The position numbers were made by a program, and so were the translations under genes. Positions 35,485 through 45,250 of a stretch of 51,329 nucleotides of DNA are shown in pieces. The stretch lies in the sequence record DRR378314_778; one strand, 5' to 3'. The notes below the pieces were generated by a model that had not been told where the DNA came from, made no database searches, and saw only the letters and a program-made list of their open reading frames with translations. Every line of letters starts with the position of its first letter. Position 1 is the first letter of the stretch.

Positions 35485-36476
35485 GTGCGGTTATCCATTT
35501 CGAGCCAGCAGGCAACAGATCGGTCCTGTCCCAACGACAGCAGCGGCGGGATTTCGTTGATACATTCGGGCCGGGCCTGATTGCACCGGGGGGCGAAAGC
35601 ACAACCGGGTTTGCCAAGTTCGCGGGCGCTGGGAACCACTCCGGAGATTTCAAATAGCGGTTCTGCCTCCTCCGGCGGGTCGGGGTTCAGGGTGGGAATA
35701 CAGGAAATCAGGCCGCGGGTGTAGGGATGGCGCGGGTCCTGAATGAAGCGGGCAACGGGTCCCTCTTCAATTTTGCGCCCTGCATACATGACCATGACCC
35801 GGTCGGTCATTTCGGCGACCACACCAATATCATGGGTGATCAGGATAATGGCTGTTTTAGTCTTTTCCTGCAGTTCGCGAAACAAGTCAAAGATCTGGGC
35901 CTGCACCGTCACATCAAGGGCGGTTGTCGGCTCATCAGCGATCAGCAATTTGGGCTCACAGACAAGGGCGATGGCGATCATCACCCGTTGCCGCATTCCC
36001 CCGGATAATTGGTGCGGGTAATCAAAAAAACGTTTTTCCGGGGAGGGAATGCCAACAAGGCGCAGCATTTCAATGGCCCGGTCCTGGGCTTCTTTACGGC
36101 TGACCTTAAAATGTGCCCGTGCGGTTTCGGCAATTTGTTCGCCCACGGTATACACCGGATTGAGCGAGGTCATGGGTTCCTGGAACACCATGGAAATGTC
36201 GTTGCCGCGGATTTGCTCAAGCCGTTTTTCCGGCGCAGCGACCAGGTCTTCGCCTTCGAACAGGATCTGGCCTTTACTGACCCGGCCCGGCGGATTGGGA
36301 ATGAGACCCATGATGGCAAGGGCGGTCATGCTTTTGCCGCACCCGGACTCGCCGACAATGCCCAACGTTTCCCGATAGCCCACGTCAAAGGACAGATCCC
36401 GGATCACAGGGACTTCCTTGCCTTCAATCTGAAAGACAACTTCCAAATCTCTGACAGAAATCAATGCATCAGTCAT
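35481..36476 (-). CDS. Peptide/nickel ABC ATP-binding subunit (OppD/DppD-like)
   Basis: [33 protein letters not shown]. Confidence 0.93.
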   Translation of the reverse strand: MTDALISVRDLEVVFQIEGKEVPVIRDLSFDVGYRETLGIVGESGCGKSMTALAIMGLIPNPPGRVSKGQILFEGEDLVAAPEKRLEQIRGNDISMVFQEPMTSLNPVYTVGEQIAETARAHFKVSRKEAQDRAIEMLRLVGIPSPEKRFFDYPHQLSGGMRQRVMIAIALVCEPKLLIADEPTTALDVTVQAQIFDLFRELQEKTKTAIILITHDIGVVAEMTDRVMVMYAGRKIEEGPVARFIQDPRHPYTRGLISCIPTLNPDPPEEAEPLFEISGVVPSARELGKPGCAFAPRCNQARPECINEIPPLLSLGQDRSVACWLEMDNRT

Positions 36477-37366
36477 TAGCGTTTCCTCAGCTTCGGATTG
36501 AGGGCGTCATTAAGGCCATCGCCGATCAGGCTGATGGCAAGAACGGTTAGAAAAATAGCCAGTCCGGGGAAGGTCACACCCCACCAGTTATCCAGAATGT
36601 AGGGGCGGTTATCGCCGATCATGCGGCCCCAGCTCATGGAGTTGGGATCACTGAGACCAAGGAAGGAAAGGCCGGCTTCAAACAGGATCGCCGTGCCGAT
36701 GCTGAGCGCTGCCGAAACAATCAGCGGCGGCGCGGCATTGGGCAGGATCACGGCCCAGATCATGCGCGCATTGCTAGCCCCGATGGACCGCTCGGCACGG
36801 ACATAATCCATATCCCGAAGGCGCATGAATTCCGCCCGGGTAAGCCGTGCGGTGCTGGTCCAGGACACGATCCCGATGGCAATGGCAATATTGGTGAGGC
36901 TGGCTGAAAACAGCATGACCACCACCATGGCAAATAGAAGATTGGGCAGAACCTGGAAAAATTCTGTAATCCGCATCAGAATATTGTCGACCCAGCCGCC
37001 GTAAAATCCGGCCAAAGCCCCGATCGTCACCCCAATGACAACGGTCAAAAGGGCGGCGGCGGCGCCAACTGTAATGGTAATTCGGCCCCCATTAATCAGA
37101 CCGGCGAGGATATCGCGGCCCAGATAATCAGTGCCCAGCAGGAATTCCGATTGTCCCGGCGCGGTGGAGGGCATCCACACCATATCGCGCGGCGCAATGT
37201 CATAGATCATCGGCCCAAAGACTGAAACAAGAATGACAAAGGACAGCAGGATCATGCCGAACACGGCAGAATGATTGGTGCGGAACATCCGCCAGGCCTG
37301 CACCGCGGGAGAGACGGCTTTAGGCTGATCGCTTGGTAGGGATTTGGAAAAAGAAGTATCTGTCAT
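36476..37366 (-). CDS. Peptide/nickel ABC permease (OppC/DppC-like)
   Basis: LGTDYLGRD, EAGLSFLGL, SWGRMI, GDGLNDALNP. Confidence 0.93.
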   Translation of the reverse strand: MTDTSFSKSLPSDQPKAVSPAVQAWRMFRTNHSAVFGMILLSFVILVSVFGPMIYDIAPRDMVWMPSTAPGQSEFLLGTDYLGRDILAGLINGGRITITVGAAAALLTVVIGVTIGALAGFYGGWVDNILMRITEFFQVLPNLLFAMVVVMLFSASLTNIAIAIGIVSWTSTARLTRAEFMRLRDMDYVRAERSIGASNARMIWAVILPNAAPPLIVSAALSIGTAILFEAGLSFLGLSDPNSMSWGRMIGDNRPYILDNWWGVTFPGLAIFLTVLAISLIGDGLNDALNPKLRKR

Positions 37367-38331
37367 TTTGCTTTAATCCGCGGGTCAATAAGCCGATAGG
37401 TGATATCCACCAGGATATTGACGATGAGAACCATCAAGGCCGAAAAGAAGAGGATGCCCAGAAGCGTTGGGGTATCGCGGCGCAGAATGCTTTCAAAGGC
37501 GAGGGTTCCAAGGCCGGGCCAGGCAAATACGGTTTCCACCAGCACAGCGCCTGAAACCACCTGGGCAAACTGTAATCCGGCGAAGGTGATGACGGGAAGG
37601 ACGGCATTTCGAAGGGCATGTTTATAAACGATCAGATAGCGTTTAAGGCCTTTGGCCCGCGCTGTTCGAATATAGTCGCTTTCCATTACTTCCAGCATGC
37701 TGGCACGGGACAGGCGGCTATAAAAAGCAAGATAAATGGAGGCCAGTGTCAAGGTGGGAAGAACCAGATGGCGGCCCACATCCAGCATCGATGCAAAACC
37801 GGTCTGATCGGCATCTGCCGTGCTCATCCCGGCGATGGGGAAAATCGGCAAGGCAACAGAAAAGGCAAGGATCAGCATAATCCCGATCCAGAAGACAGGT
37901 GCGGAGAACCCGGCCAGCGATAACAGGGTCACCAGATTACTCAGAAGAGAGGAGCGTTTCTGGGCAGAGGCAACCCCCAAGGCAGTTCCCACCAGCAGGG
38001 CCAGAAATAAGGCCGACAGAACCAGCAGCAACGTCGCACCGATCCGGTCCATGATCAGGCTGGAAACCGGCGTATCAAAATAATAGGAATATCCAAGATC
38101 ACCGGTCGCCACATTTGCCAGATAAGTGAAGAGCTGGATATGAAATGGTTGATCCAGTCCCATATTGGCCCGGATTTCAGCAATCAATTCAGGAGTGGCA
38201 CCGCCCATTTCCCCGATCAGCACTTCGGCGGGGTCCCCGGGCGCGAGATGGACAAGGGCGAAATTTAAAATCAGGACTGCCAGTAACAGGGCGATGGCGT
38301 TCCCGACGCGCTTGGAAAATGACTTGATCAT
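37363..38331 (-). CDS. Peptide/nickel ABC permease (OppB/DppB-like)
   Basis: PGDPA, GDLGYS, DYIRTARAKGL, HALRNA, ETVFAWPGLG, DPRI. Confidence 0.93.
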   Translation of the reverse strand: MIKSFSKRVGNAIALLLAVLILNFALVHLAPGDPAEVLIGEMGGATPELIAEIRANMGLDQPFHIQLFTYLANVATGDLGYSYYFDTPVSSLIMDRIGATLLLVLSALFLALLVGTALGVASAQKRSSLLSNLVTLLSLAGFSAPVFWIGIMLILAFSVALPIFPIAGMSTADADQTGFASMLDVGRHLVLPTLTLASIYLAFYSRLSRASMLEVMESDYIRTARAKGLKRYLIVYKHALRNAVLPVITFAGLQFAQVVSGAVLVETVFAWPGLGTLAFESILRRDTPTLLGILFFSALMVLIVNILVDITYRLIDPRIKAK

Positions 38332-38359
38332 CCGTTTACTCTAGACTCAGGCTTCATAA

Positions 38360-38397
38360 TCCAGAAGCCCAAACTCATCGGAGGCGGGGCTTCTGGA
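38360..38397 (-). terminator. Intercistronic stem-loop after the SBP gene
   Basis: TCCAGAAGCCC...GGGCTTCTGGA 11-bp stem. Confidence 0.5.
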
Positions 38398-38406
38398 GAC
38401 GGAGAT

Positions 38407-40005
38407 TTATTTTTTCAGATATACATTATGAAATGGCGCCAGCGGGCCAAAGGCCGTGGAGGGTACATTTCCAATTTTGTCTGAATATACGGTCGCTGTG
38501 AAATCCTGCGGCATGTAAATGAAGACCACATCTTCAACCGCTTTTTTCTGGATGTCTGCATAGAGGGCTTTACGCTTGTCTGCGTCTGTCTCGACAGATG
38601 CCTGATCCAGCATTTCATCCATTTTCGGATCACAATAACCCTGAGTGTTGGACCAGATCACATTGCGAATATTGTCGCAATCGAAATGACGGTGAATACC
38701 AATGACCGGATCTGGATAGTTGAAAGAGCCGTTCATGGTTGCATCATATTCGAAGCTGGAAATCCGCTTGACCCATGTGCCGAAATCTGGCGCCTGACGC
38801 AAGTTGACGTTAATTCCCAGTTTGCCCAATTGCAGTTGAATATATTCAGCCATTGGTCCATGCGCATGCTTGGCCCAGCTTGTGATATCCAGTGTAAAGG
38901 CAAACCGCTCACCATTGTCTTTGGCCGGGTAACCGGCTTCATCCAGAAGCTTGGCGGCTAAATCCATATCCGCCGCGTAAGAGGGGACGTCTGCACTGTA
39001 AAAAGCACTGTCAGTGTGCATTGGACCGGTTCCGACCTTGGTGCGCCCGCCAAACAGAACCTTGGCAATGAAGTCCGTGTTAATGGCATGCGACAGGGCT
39101 TTACGAACACGCACATCATCAAATGGCTTGTTACGCAGGTTCAGTTCCAGATAATGGAGGTAACCAATTGCGCCGTACCCTTCCTGGGTAATGAAGACGC
39201 CATCAGCTTTTTCCAGACGGTCCGCGTCATTTGGACGAATGCCGGAAAAGCCCATATAGTCGATGTCACCAGTTTCCATCATCAGAACGCGGGTCAAGCT
39301 GTCCTTGACAATGGAATAGACGATTTTATCCAGGTAAGGTCTGCCTTCGATAAAGAAGTCTTCATTCTTTTCCAGAATCAGACGTTCCGCTGGCTTATTC
39401 TCGGCCACTTTAAAAGGACCGGAGCCAACAACATTTTCCATGTTCCGTGGATGGGTTTTGACCTTTTGCCCATCGCCATAAACATGTTTGGGAAGGATGG
39501 GCATCAAGAGCGGCTGCAGGGAAAGCAACAGCCCTGGAATTGGTTTGGAGAGACGGAAAACAACGGTTTCCGCATCAGGTGTTTCTACGGCGCTGACTTT
39601 GCCGAACATGGCTTTGCCGAAGGGATGGTTGTTTTTCACGGTATCCAGTGAAAAGGCCACATCTTCGGATGTAATCGGTTTGCCGTCGTGAAAATTCGCG
39701 CCGGAAATCAGCTTGAACGTATAGGTCAGGTTGTCGTCGGAGACGGTCCAGCTTTTCGCCAGATAAGGACTTGCAGAAAAGTCGTCTTCGATGAGAACCA
39801 GCCCGGCAAAAATTTGCGAGCCGGGTGACCCTGTTGCGGCACCGGATTGGACCGCCGGGTTCAGACTACGATAGCCAGTAGAGGCTGTGTTCAGTGTACC
39901 ACCTGATGTCGGTTCAGCGCTTGTCGTTACGGCCCCTGCCATAACAAAAGAAGCGACTAATGGCGCGACAATAGATAGCGTTTTCAAGATTTTCATTGAT
40001 CGCAT
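38407..40005 (-). CDS. Family 5 (OppA/DppA) substrate-binding protein
   Basis: Signal peptide, LAKSW, FHDGKPITSEDV, VGSGPF, RVRKAL, LLDEAGY. Confidence 0.92.
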   Translation of the reverse strand: MRSMKILKTLSIVAPLVASFVMAGAVTTSAEPTSGGTLNTASTGYRSLNPAVQSGAATGSPGSQIFAGLVLIEDDFSASPYLAKSWTVSDDNLTYTFKLISGANFHDGKPITSEDVAFSLDTVKNNHPFGKAMFGKVSAVETPDAETVVFRLSKPIPGLLLSLQPLLMPILPKHVYGDGQKVKTHPRNMENVVGSGPFKVAENKPAERLILEKNEDFFIEGRPYLDKIVYSIVKDSLTRVLMMETGDIDYMGFSGIRPNDADRLEKADGVFITQEGYGAIGYLHYLELNLRNKPFDDVRVRKALSHAINTDFIAKVLFGGRTKVGTGPMHTDSAFYSADVPSYAADMDLAAKLLDEAGYPAKDNGERFAFTLDITSWAKHAHGPMAEYIQLQLGKLGINVNLRQAPDFGTWVKRISSFEYDATMNGSFNYPDPVIGIHRHFDCDNIRNVIWSNTQGYCDPKMDEMLDQASVETDADKRKALYADIQKKAVEDVVFIYMPQDFTATVYSDKIGNVPSTAFGPLAPFHNVYLKK

Positions 40006-40092
40006 ATCGGTTTGTTCTCCCAGTTGGATGTATTAGTGTTTTAACAACCGCGCAATAAAAGGTTGCACTCTACCTGAAAAATTGCAAGATAA

Positions 40093-40110
40093 ATTTCATT
40101 ATTCCGAAAT
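40093..40110. promoter_or_regulatory. Palindrome ATTTCA-N6-CGAAAT, candidate operator of the XRE-cupin regulator
   Basis: Dyad in the 124-bp divergent promoter between the oppA-like gene and the regulator. Confidence 0.35.
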
Positions 40111-40129
40111 AAGGGCAACATGATTTCAT

Positions 40130-40741
40130 ATGCAGGCAAATATTCTCCTTAAAGCTTCAGCCGAGCAAACCCTTGAAACTTCAGTGGTTCCCGTGGGTAA
40201 ACAAATCCGTGAATTGCGTAAAGCCAAAGGCCTCACGCTTTCAGATATGAAGGCATTGACCGGTCGATCGGTCGGTAATCTGAGTGAAATGGAGCGGGGA
40301 ACCAGCCCCGTGACCATCGAGGCGCTGGGAATTATTGCGGATGCGCTGGATGTGAATATCAACTGGTTTTTCAGTGGCAGTGCAATTGCCGAACCCGCAG
40401 AACGGGATGTGATTGTCCGCAAGAATGCCAGAAGAGAAATTAACCTCAGTCAGGCGGGAACCCGCGAAGAGCTGTTGTCGCCGCATCTGGCGGGACAGTT
40501 GGAACTTATACTGACCACATTTGCCCCTGGTGCCGGTACCGGCGATGCTGGACGGATTCGCAAAGGCGAGGAAGGCGGCATGGTGATTTCAGGAACCCTG
40601 GAGCTGACCGATAATGATCAAACCTATCTGCTGGAAGCCGGAGACAGTTTTCAACTGATCGGGGCAGGACGCCACTGGTGCTATAATCCTGGTGATGAGG
40701 ACACGGTGGTTTTTTGGGCCATGACGCCTGTTGCCTATTGA
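40130..40741 (+). CDS. XRE-HTH plus cupin regulator (PuuR-like)
   Basis: IRELRKAKGLTL...LSEMERG HTH; GEEGGMVISG...LEAGDS...H cupin domain. Confidence 0.9.
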   Translation: MQANILLKASAEQTLETSVVPVGKQIRELRKAKGLTLSDMKALTGRSVGNLSEMERGTSPVTIEALGIIADALDVNINWFFSGSAIAEPAERDVIVRKNARREINLSQAGTREELLSPHLAGQLELILTTFAPGAGTGDAGRIRKGEEGGMVISGTLELTDNDQTYLLEAGDSFQLIGAGRHWCYNPGDEDTVVFWAMTPVAY

Positions 40742-40773
40742 ATACAACAAAAAACAAAGAAAGTGAGACGGTC

Positions 40774-42426
40774 ATGAGTGAGCTAGTAGTCTATACGGCC
40801 CGACAAATTCATACGATGAACCCTTCCATGCCAACGGCTTCGGCGGTTGCGGTCCGTGATGACCAGATTATTGAGGTGGGGACGCTGGAAAGCCTGCAGC
40901 CGTGGCTGGCATCCCACGAGCATCGAATTGATGACCGGTTTGCAGACAAAATCATGATGCCCGGCTTTATTGATCCGCATTTGCACCCGACTTTGGGGGC
41001 CTTGCTGTTATGCTGTCATTTTATTACGGCGATGGAATGGAAGCTGCCGGATCGAACAGTCTCACCTGCCGCCACGCCGGAGGCTTATCTCAGCCGGATC
41101 AATGAAATTAATACCAGTATCGAGGATCCCGAAGAGCCCCTGATCACTTGGGGGTATCATAAAATCTGGCATGGTGTTGTGGATCGGCGGACATTGAATG
41201 AGGTTTCCCGCAGCCGCCCGGTCATCGTCTGGCAGCGCTCTTTTCATGAGATCATTATGAACGATGCGGCCATTGACTGGCTGAAACTGGATCGCACGGA
41301 GCTGGAACGCCATCCGCAGATCGAGCTGCAGACCGGCCGGTTTTACGAGACGGGTCTGGCAGTGGCAACTCAGGGGCTGAACTTATATCTGTTTGAACCG
41401 ACCCGATATCGCAAGGGGCTGGAGCTGGTCAAAAAAGCCATTCATAAGGGCGGCCATACCACCATTGGGGAGCTGGCATATCCGCTGTTGAATGATGAGG
41501 TGGAATGGCAATTGCTGACGGAAACGATGGAGCGGGATGATGTTCCGTTTCGCATGCAGATTGTCCCGCGCGGTGCGTTGCGTGGGGTGACTGAAGGGCG
41601 CGCAGACGAAGAGGTTAAGCGGGTTCAGAGCTATCAGGATCGGAGCACGCACCGTTTGCAGTTTGGCAATGGGATCAAGCTTTTCACCGATGGCGGCTTT
41701 TTCGCCGAGCTGATGCAGATGCAGGAGCCGGGCTTTATCGATGGGCATCATGGCGAGTGGCTGATGGCGCCGGAGATGTTTGAAACCCTGGCCCGTGCCT
41801 TTTGGAATGAAGGCAAGCGCATTCACGTGCATTGCACTGGCGATCTGGGACTGGAGCTGGCGCTGGATACGCTTGATAAGCTGCAGTTTGAACGGCCCCG
41901 GTTTAATCACCGTTTTACCATTGAGCATTTTGGAGTTTCCACACCTGAACAGGTGCGGCGGATCAAGGATCTGGGGGCGATTGTTTCGGCAAATGTATAT
42001 TATCTGCATGAGCTGGGTGAGGCCTACTGGATGAATTCCATCGGTTATGAGCGGGCCTCGCAAATGGCACGGCTGGGGACACTGGCCCGTCATGATGTCA
42101 CGACGGCCTTGCATTCAGACTTCACCATGGCCCCGGCACTGCCTTTGAATTCGGCCTGGGTGGCGGTGAACCGTATTGCCGAGTCTGGTGCGGTTCTGGG
42201 TGAAAATGAAAAAATCAGTGTTCAGGCCGCCATGCGGGCGATTACCATTGATGCAGCCTATGTGATCGGCATGGAACATGAGGTCGGCTCCATTCGGGCG
42301 GGCAAGAAAGCGGATTTCACCATTTTGGAGCAGGACCCGTTTGAAGTTGCGCCGGAAACCCTCAAGGATATTCCGATCTGGGGCACTGTGTTCGAAGGGG
42401 GAATCTTCCCGATTGAAGACGAATGA
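40774..42426 (+). CDS. Amidohydrolase_3 family metal-dependent hydrolase (YtcJ/NfdA-like)
   Basis: PGFIDPHLH, IKLFTDG, HVHCTGD, IEH, HSD, GSIRAGKKADF. ATG 40774. Confidence 0.9.
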   Translation: MSELVVYTARQIHTMNPSMPTASAVAVRDDQIIEVGTLESLQPWLASHEHRIDDRFADKIMMPGFIDPHLHPTLGALLLCCHFITAMEWKLPDRTVSPAATPEAYLSRINEINTSIEDPEEPLITWGYHKIWHGVVDRRTLNEVSRSRPVIVWQRSFHEIIMNDAAIDWLKLDRTELERHPQIELQTGRFYETGLAVATQGLNLYLFEPTRYRKGLELVKKAIHKGGHTTIGELAYPLLNDEVEWQLLTETMERDDVPFRMQIVPRGALRGVTEGRADEEVKRVQSYQDRSTHRLQFGNGIKLFTDGGFFAELMQMQEPGFIDGHHGEWLMAPEMFETLARAFWNEGKRIHVHCTGDLGLELALDTLDKLQFERPRFNHRFTIEHFGVSTPEQVRRIKDLGAIVSANVYYLHELGEAYWMNSIGYERASQMARLGTLARHDVTTALHSDFTMAPALPLNSAWVAVNRIAESGAVLGENEKISVQAAMRAITIDAAYVIGMEHEVGSIRAGKKADFTILEQDPFEVAPETLKDIPIWGTVFEGGIFPIEDE

Positions 42427-43340
42427 TCAGCGATAAGCATATTCCTGTTACAGTCCTCAGTGGCTATCTGGGCGCTGGAAAAACGACCGTTATCAACCAT
42501 TTGCTGAAAGAAAGTGGCGGGCGGCGGCTGGCCGTTCTGGTGAATGACTTTGGCGCGATCAATGTGGATGCCAGCCTGATCAGCCAGCAGACCGAAAATG
42601 CCATCAGCCTGACCAATGGTTGCGTGTGTTGTTCCATCACGGATGATTTGGGCGACACGCTGGAGGCAATTCGCGCCTGGTCAGAACCACCTGAACAAGT
42701 CCTGCTGGAGGCGAGCGGCGTTGCCGATCCGCTCCGACTGGCGCGATTGGCCGGTCATTGGCCCGGTTTTCGGCTGGATGCGGTGGTTACCGCCGTGGAT
42801 ATGGAAACTGTCCAAACGCGGGTGTGGGATAAATTTGTCGGGCAATTGGTCTCCTCTCAGATCAGGGCGGCGGATCTGCTGGTGATGACCAAGGTGGATC
42901 TACTGGAGGCAGCTCAAAAATCCAGAATAGAGACCTGGCTGCAGGGCCAGGCACCTGGCATCGCCACGATCCATGCGCCGAACGGGCAGGTCCCCCCAGA
43001 ACTGATCATGGGCGCGACGGTGCATCGCAGAGAAGACGCGGATGCTGGCGAAGAAATGCCAGAGATCAAACCGCAGTTTGAACGCGGCCACTGGGTCAGT
43101 ACGTCTCCGCTTGCCTGTCAGCGCCTGAGCGATCAGCTGGATCAGTTTCCAGCCAGTGTTCATCGGCTAAAAGGGGTGTTTGAAGAGGCGTCAAGTGGTC
43201 GGAAAATTCTGGTTCAAAAGGTCGGCGCACGCCATGATTTTGTCACAGCCGATGCGTCCATGCCCTTGGGCTTTGTATTGATCGGCGTTGGAGATAAATC
43301 AGATTTGATGCAGGCGATGCACTTGCTGGAACAGGCGTAA
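42423..43340 (+). CDS. CobW/COG0523 G3E GTPase metallochaperone, no His tract
   Basis: GYLGAGKTT, VNDFG, NGCVCC, EASGVADP, TKVD, RLKG; ATGA-coupled to the amidohydrolase. Confidence 0.9.
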   Translation: MISDKHIPVTVLSGYLGAGKTTVINHLLKESGGRRLAVLVNDFGAINVDASLISQQTENAISLTNGCVCCSITDDLGDTLEAIRAWSEPPEQVLLEASGVADPLRLARLAGHWPGFRLDAVVTAVDMETVQTRVWDKFVGQLVSSQIRAADLLVMTKVDLLEAAQKSRIETWLQGQAPGIATIHAPNGQVPPELIMGATVHRREDADAGEEMPEIKPQFERGHWVSTSPLACQRLSDQLDQFPASVHRLKGVFEEASSGRKILVQKVGARHDFVTADASMPLGFVLIGVGDKSDLMQAMHLLEQA

Positions 43341-43347
43341 CGGCCGT

Positions 43348-43818
43348 TTACTGGCCCGCTTCTTCCGCGTTCACCCCTTCCATCAGCTCGCCAAGCAGGG
43401 ATTTAAGGTGGGTGATTTTTTCCGGACCGAGATTGGCGTAGAAGGCATCATTATATTTATTCACATGTTTGCGCAGGCGCGCATATAGCTCCAGCCCCTG
43501 ATCGGTGATGAAGACAAGCATCCGGCGCTGATCTTCCGGGTCTGGCAGGCGATGAACCAATCCTTTGGCCACCATACGATCGAGCATTTTGGTCAAGGCC
43601 GGGTGATTCATCAGGACCCGGTCCGCCAATTCGCCCATGGAGCGGCCAGCTTCATCACTGATCACATCCAGGATCCGCCAATGTTCTACCTGAACGCCTT
43701 CTGCTTTTAGAATCTTGTCCAGCCCCAGATGGATATTCCGATGAGCCTGCGCCAGTAAATAAGGCACATAATCCTCAATGGATGCAGGTTTTCTGCTGCC
43801 TTTGTCCGTGGCCGCCAT
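43348..43818 (-). CDS. MarR-family regulator
   Basis: MGELA...LTKMLDRM...LVHRLPDPEDQRR...ITDQG winged helix. Confidence 0.92.
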   Translation of the reverse strand: MAATDKGSRKPASIEDYVPYLLAQAHRNIHLGLDKILKAEGVQVEHWRILDVISDEAGRSMGELADRVLMNHPALTKMLDRMVAKGLVHRLPDPEDQRRMLVFITDQGLELYARLRKHVNKYNDAFYANLGPEKITHLKSLLGELMEGVNAEEAGQ

Positions 43819-43860
43819 GATTCAGATTCCTATCAATTGCAATTCTGCGTCTTACCCGTA

Positions 43861-43892
43861 TACTTAAATTGGAAAATAATATATTTCAAGTA
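43861..43892. promoter_or_regulatory. Candidate MarR operator: TACTTAAATTGGAAAATAA plus inverted ATTTCAAGTA
   Basis: Same motif recurs in tandem at 45148-45189; lies in the MarR/AmiC divergent gap. Confidence 0.6.
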
Positions 43893-43928
43893 CTGGGAGC
43901 GAGTATTTGTGTTTTTGTGAGAGGTATC

Positions 43929-45092
43929 ATGTTGGGGGACATGTTTCCATCAGTTAGCGCCGCCAGCAGTCGGCCAGTATTTCCATACGGGGCGTTTTTT
44001 ACGGACCCGCTGGATGACGCACGGGATTTTCTGATCAGTCGCCAGAAATATCGCATCGGTCTGTTTGTCCCTTTGAGTGGATCGGCCGGGATTTGGGGGC
44101 CGTCCAGTATTGCCAGTGCTGAAGTGGCGATTGCCGAGCTGAACGCTGCGCACGGCATCCGCGATCTGGAAGTAGAGCTGGTGTTGGTGGATGCGGCGTT
44201 TGAAAATGATGATGAGCTGTATTTCCAGACCAATGAATTGATCGAACGTGGTGAGATCCAGGCCATAGTCGGGATGCATATCAGTGCAGTTCGACAGAAA
44301 CTGGTCAAGGTGGTCGCCGGACGGGTTCCTTATGTTTATACCGCCCTTTATGAAGGGGGCGAGTCGGCACCGGGTGTCTATACAATCGGGGAGACACCGG
44401 AATGTCAGTTGGGTCCAGCCCTGCAAAGCCTGACGGATCGGCATCGGCTGCGCAATTGGGCCCTGATCGGCAATGAATATGTGTGGCCGCGGGCATCCCA
44501 CGCTTATGCACGGCAATATATCAAATCGCTGGGCGGGAATGTAACGCTGGAGCGGTATTTACAAATGGGCAAGGGCGTCAATTATCGGCTGCTCGAAGAA
44601 TTGAGCCGATCCGGATCTGATGGGGTATTGTTATCTCTGGTCGGGCAGGATGCCATTGATTTTAATCGCGCTTTTGGGGAATTGGGGCTGGACCGGAAAA
44701 TGGTGCGCTTGTCCTGCGCCATTGAAGAGAACGGGCTGCTGGCCATTGGCTCCAACAATTTGAAACGGTTATATTCGTCCGCCTCTTATTTCTCCAGCCT
44801 GGATACGCCGGAGAATAACAGTTTCAAGGAACGCTATTACAATCTGCATGGGATCCGGGCACCGATGCTGAATTTTATGGGCCAATCCCTGTATGAGGGA
44901 CTGCATTTTCTGTCCTGCCTGATGGAAAATACCCCCAAAGAGACTCCGGGATTTCGATTATCTCCGTCAAAACCTTTGGACTATCGCAGTGCAAGAGGTG
45001 CCGTTTATTTGAATAACCGGCAGAAAAATATGCCCATCTTTCTGGGCAGGGCCGACGGCTATAGCTTCTCTCTCGTCGATAATCTTTATTAA
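43929..45092 (+). CDS. AmiC-like cytoplasmic amide-binding regulatory protein
   Basis: PLSGSAGIWGPS, GMHISAVR, YTALYEGG, GNEYVWPR; no signal peptide. ATG 43929 after GAGG. Confidence 0.82.
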   Translation: MLGDMFPSVSAASSRPVFPYGAFFTDPLDDARDFLISRQKYRIGLFVPLSGSAGIWGPSSIASAEVAIAELNAAHGIRDLEVELVLVDAAFENDDELYFQTNELIERGEIQAIVGMHISAVRQKLVKVVAGRVPYVYTALYEGGESAPGVYTIGETPECQLGPALQSLTDRHRLRNWALIGNEYVWPRASHAYARQYIKSLGGNVTLERYLQMGKGVNYRLLEELSRSGSDGVLLSLVGQDAIDFNRAFGELGLDRKMVRLSCAIEENGLLAIGSNNLKRLYSSASYFSSLDTPENNSFKERYYNLHGIRAPMLNFMGQSLYEGLHFLSCLMENTPKETPGFRLSPSKPLDYRSARGAVYLNNRQKNMPIFLGRADGYSFSLVDNLY

Positions 45093-45147
45093 ATTTCAAT
45101 AATTTAAATCATTTCGGCTGTACTGATTGGATCCGAATTTTCAAATT

Positions 45148-45189
45148 TATTTGAAACGGAAAACAAATTACTTGAAATGGAAAATAAAT
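45148..45189. repeat. Tandem 21-bp repeat TATTTGAAACGGAAAACAAAT / TACTTGAAATGGAAAATAAAT (candidate MarR operators)
   Basis: 18/21 identity between copies; matches 43861-43879; upstream of the flotillin-ABC operon. Confidence 0.65.
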
Positions 45190-45250
45190 TAGTTACGCTA
45201 ATCCTGTCTTCGGGCAAAGGGGCCCAGTGATAAGAAAAGGGAGGCTGAGC

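Noticed and set aside
45148-45189. 21-bp direct repeats as a mini-CRISPR or iterons
   Set aside because: Only two abutting copies, no spacers, no cas or rep genes; position fits operators.
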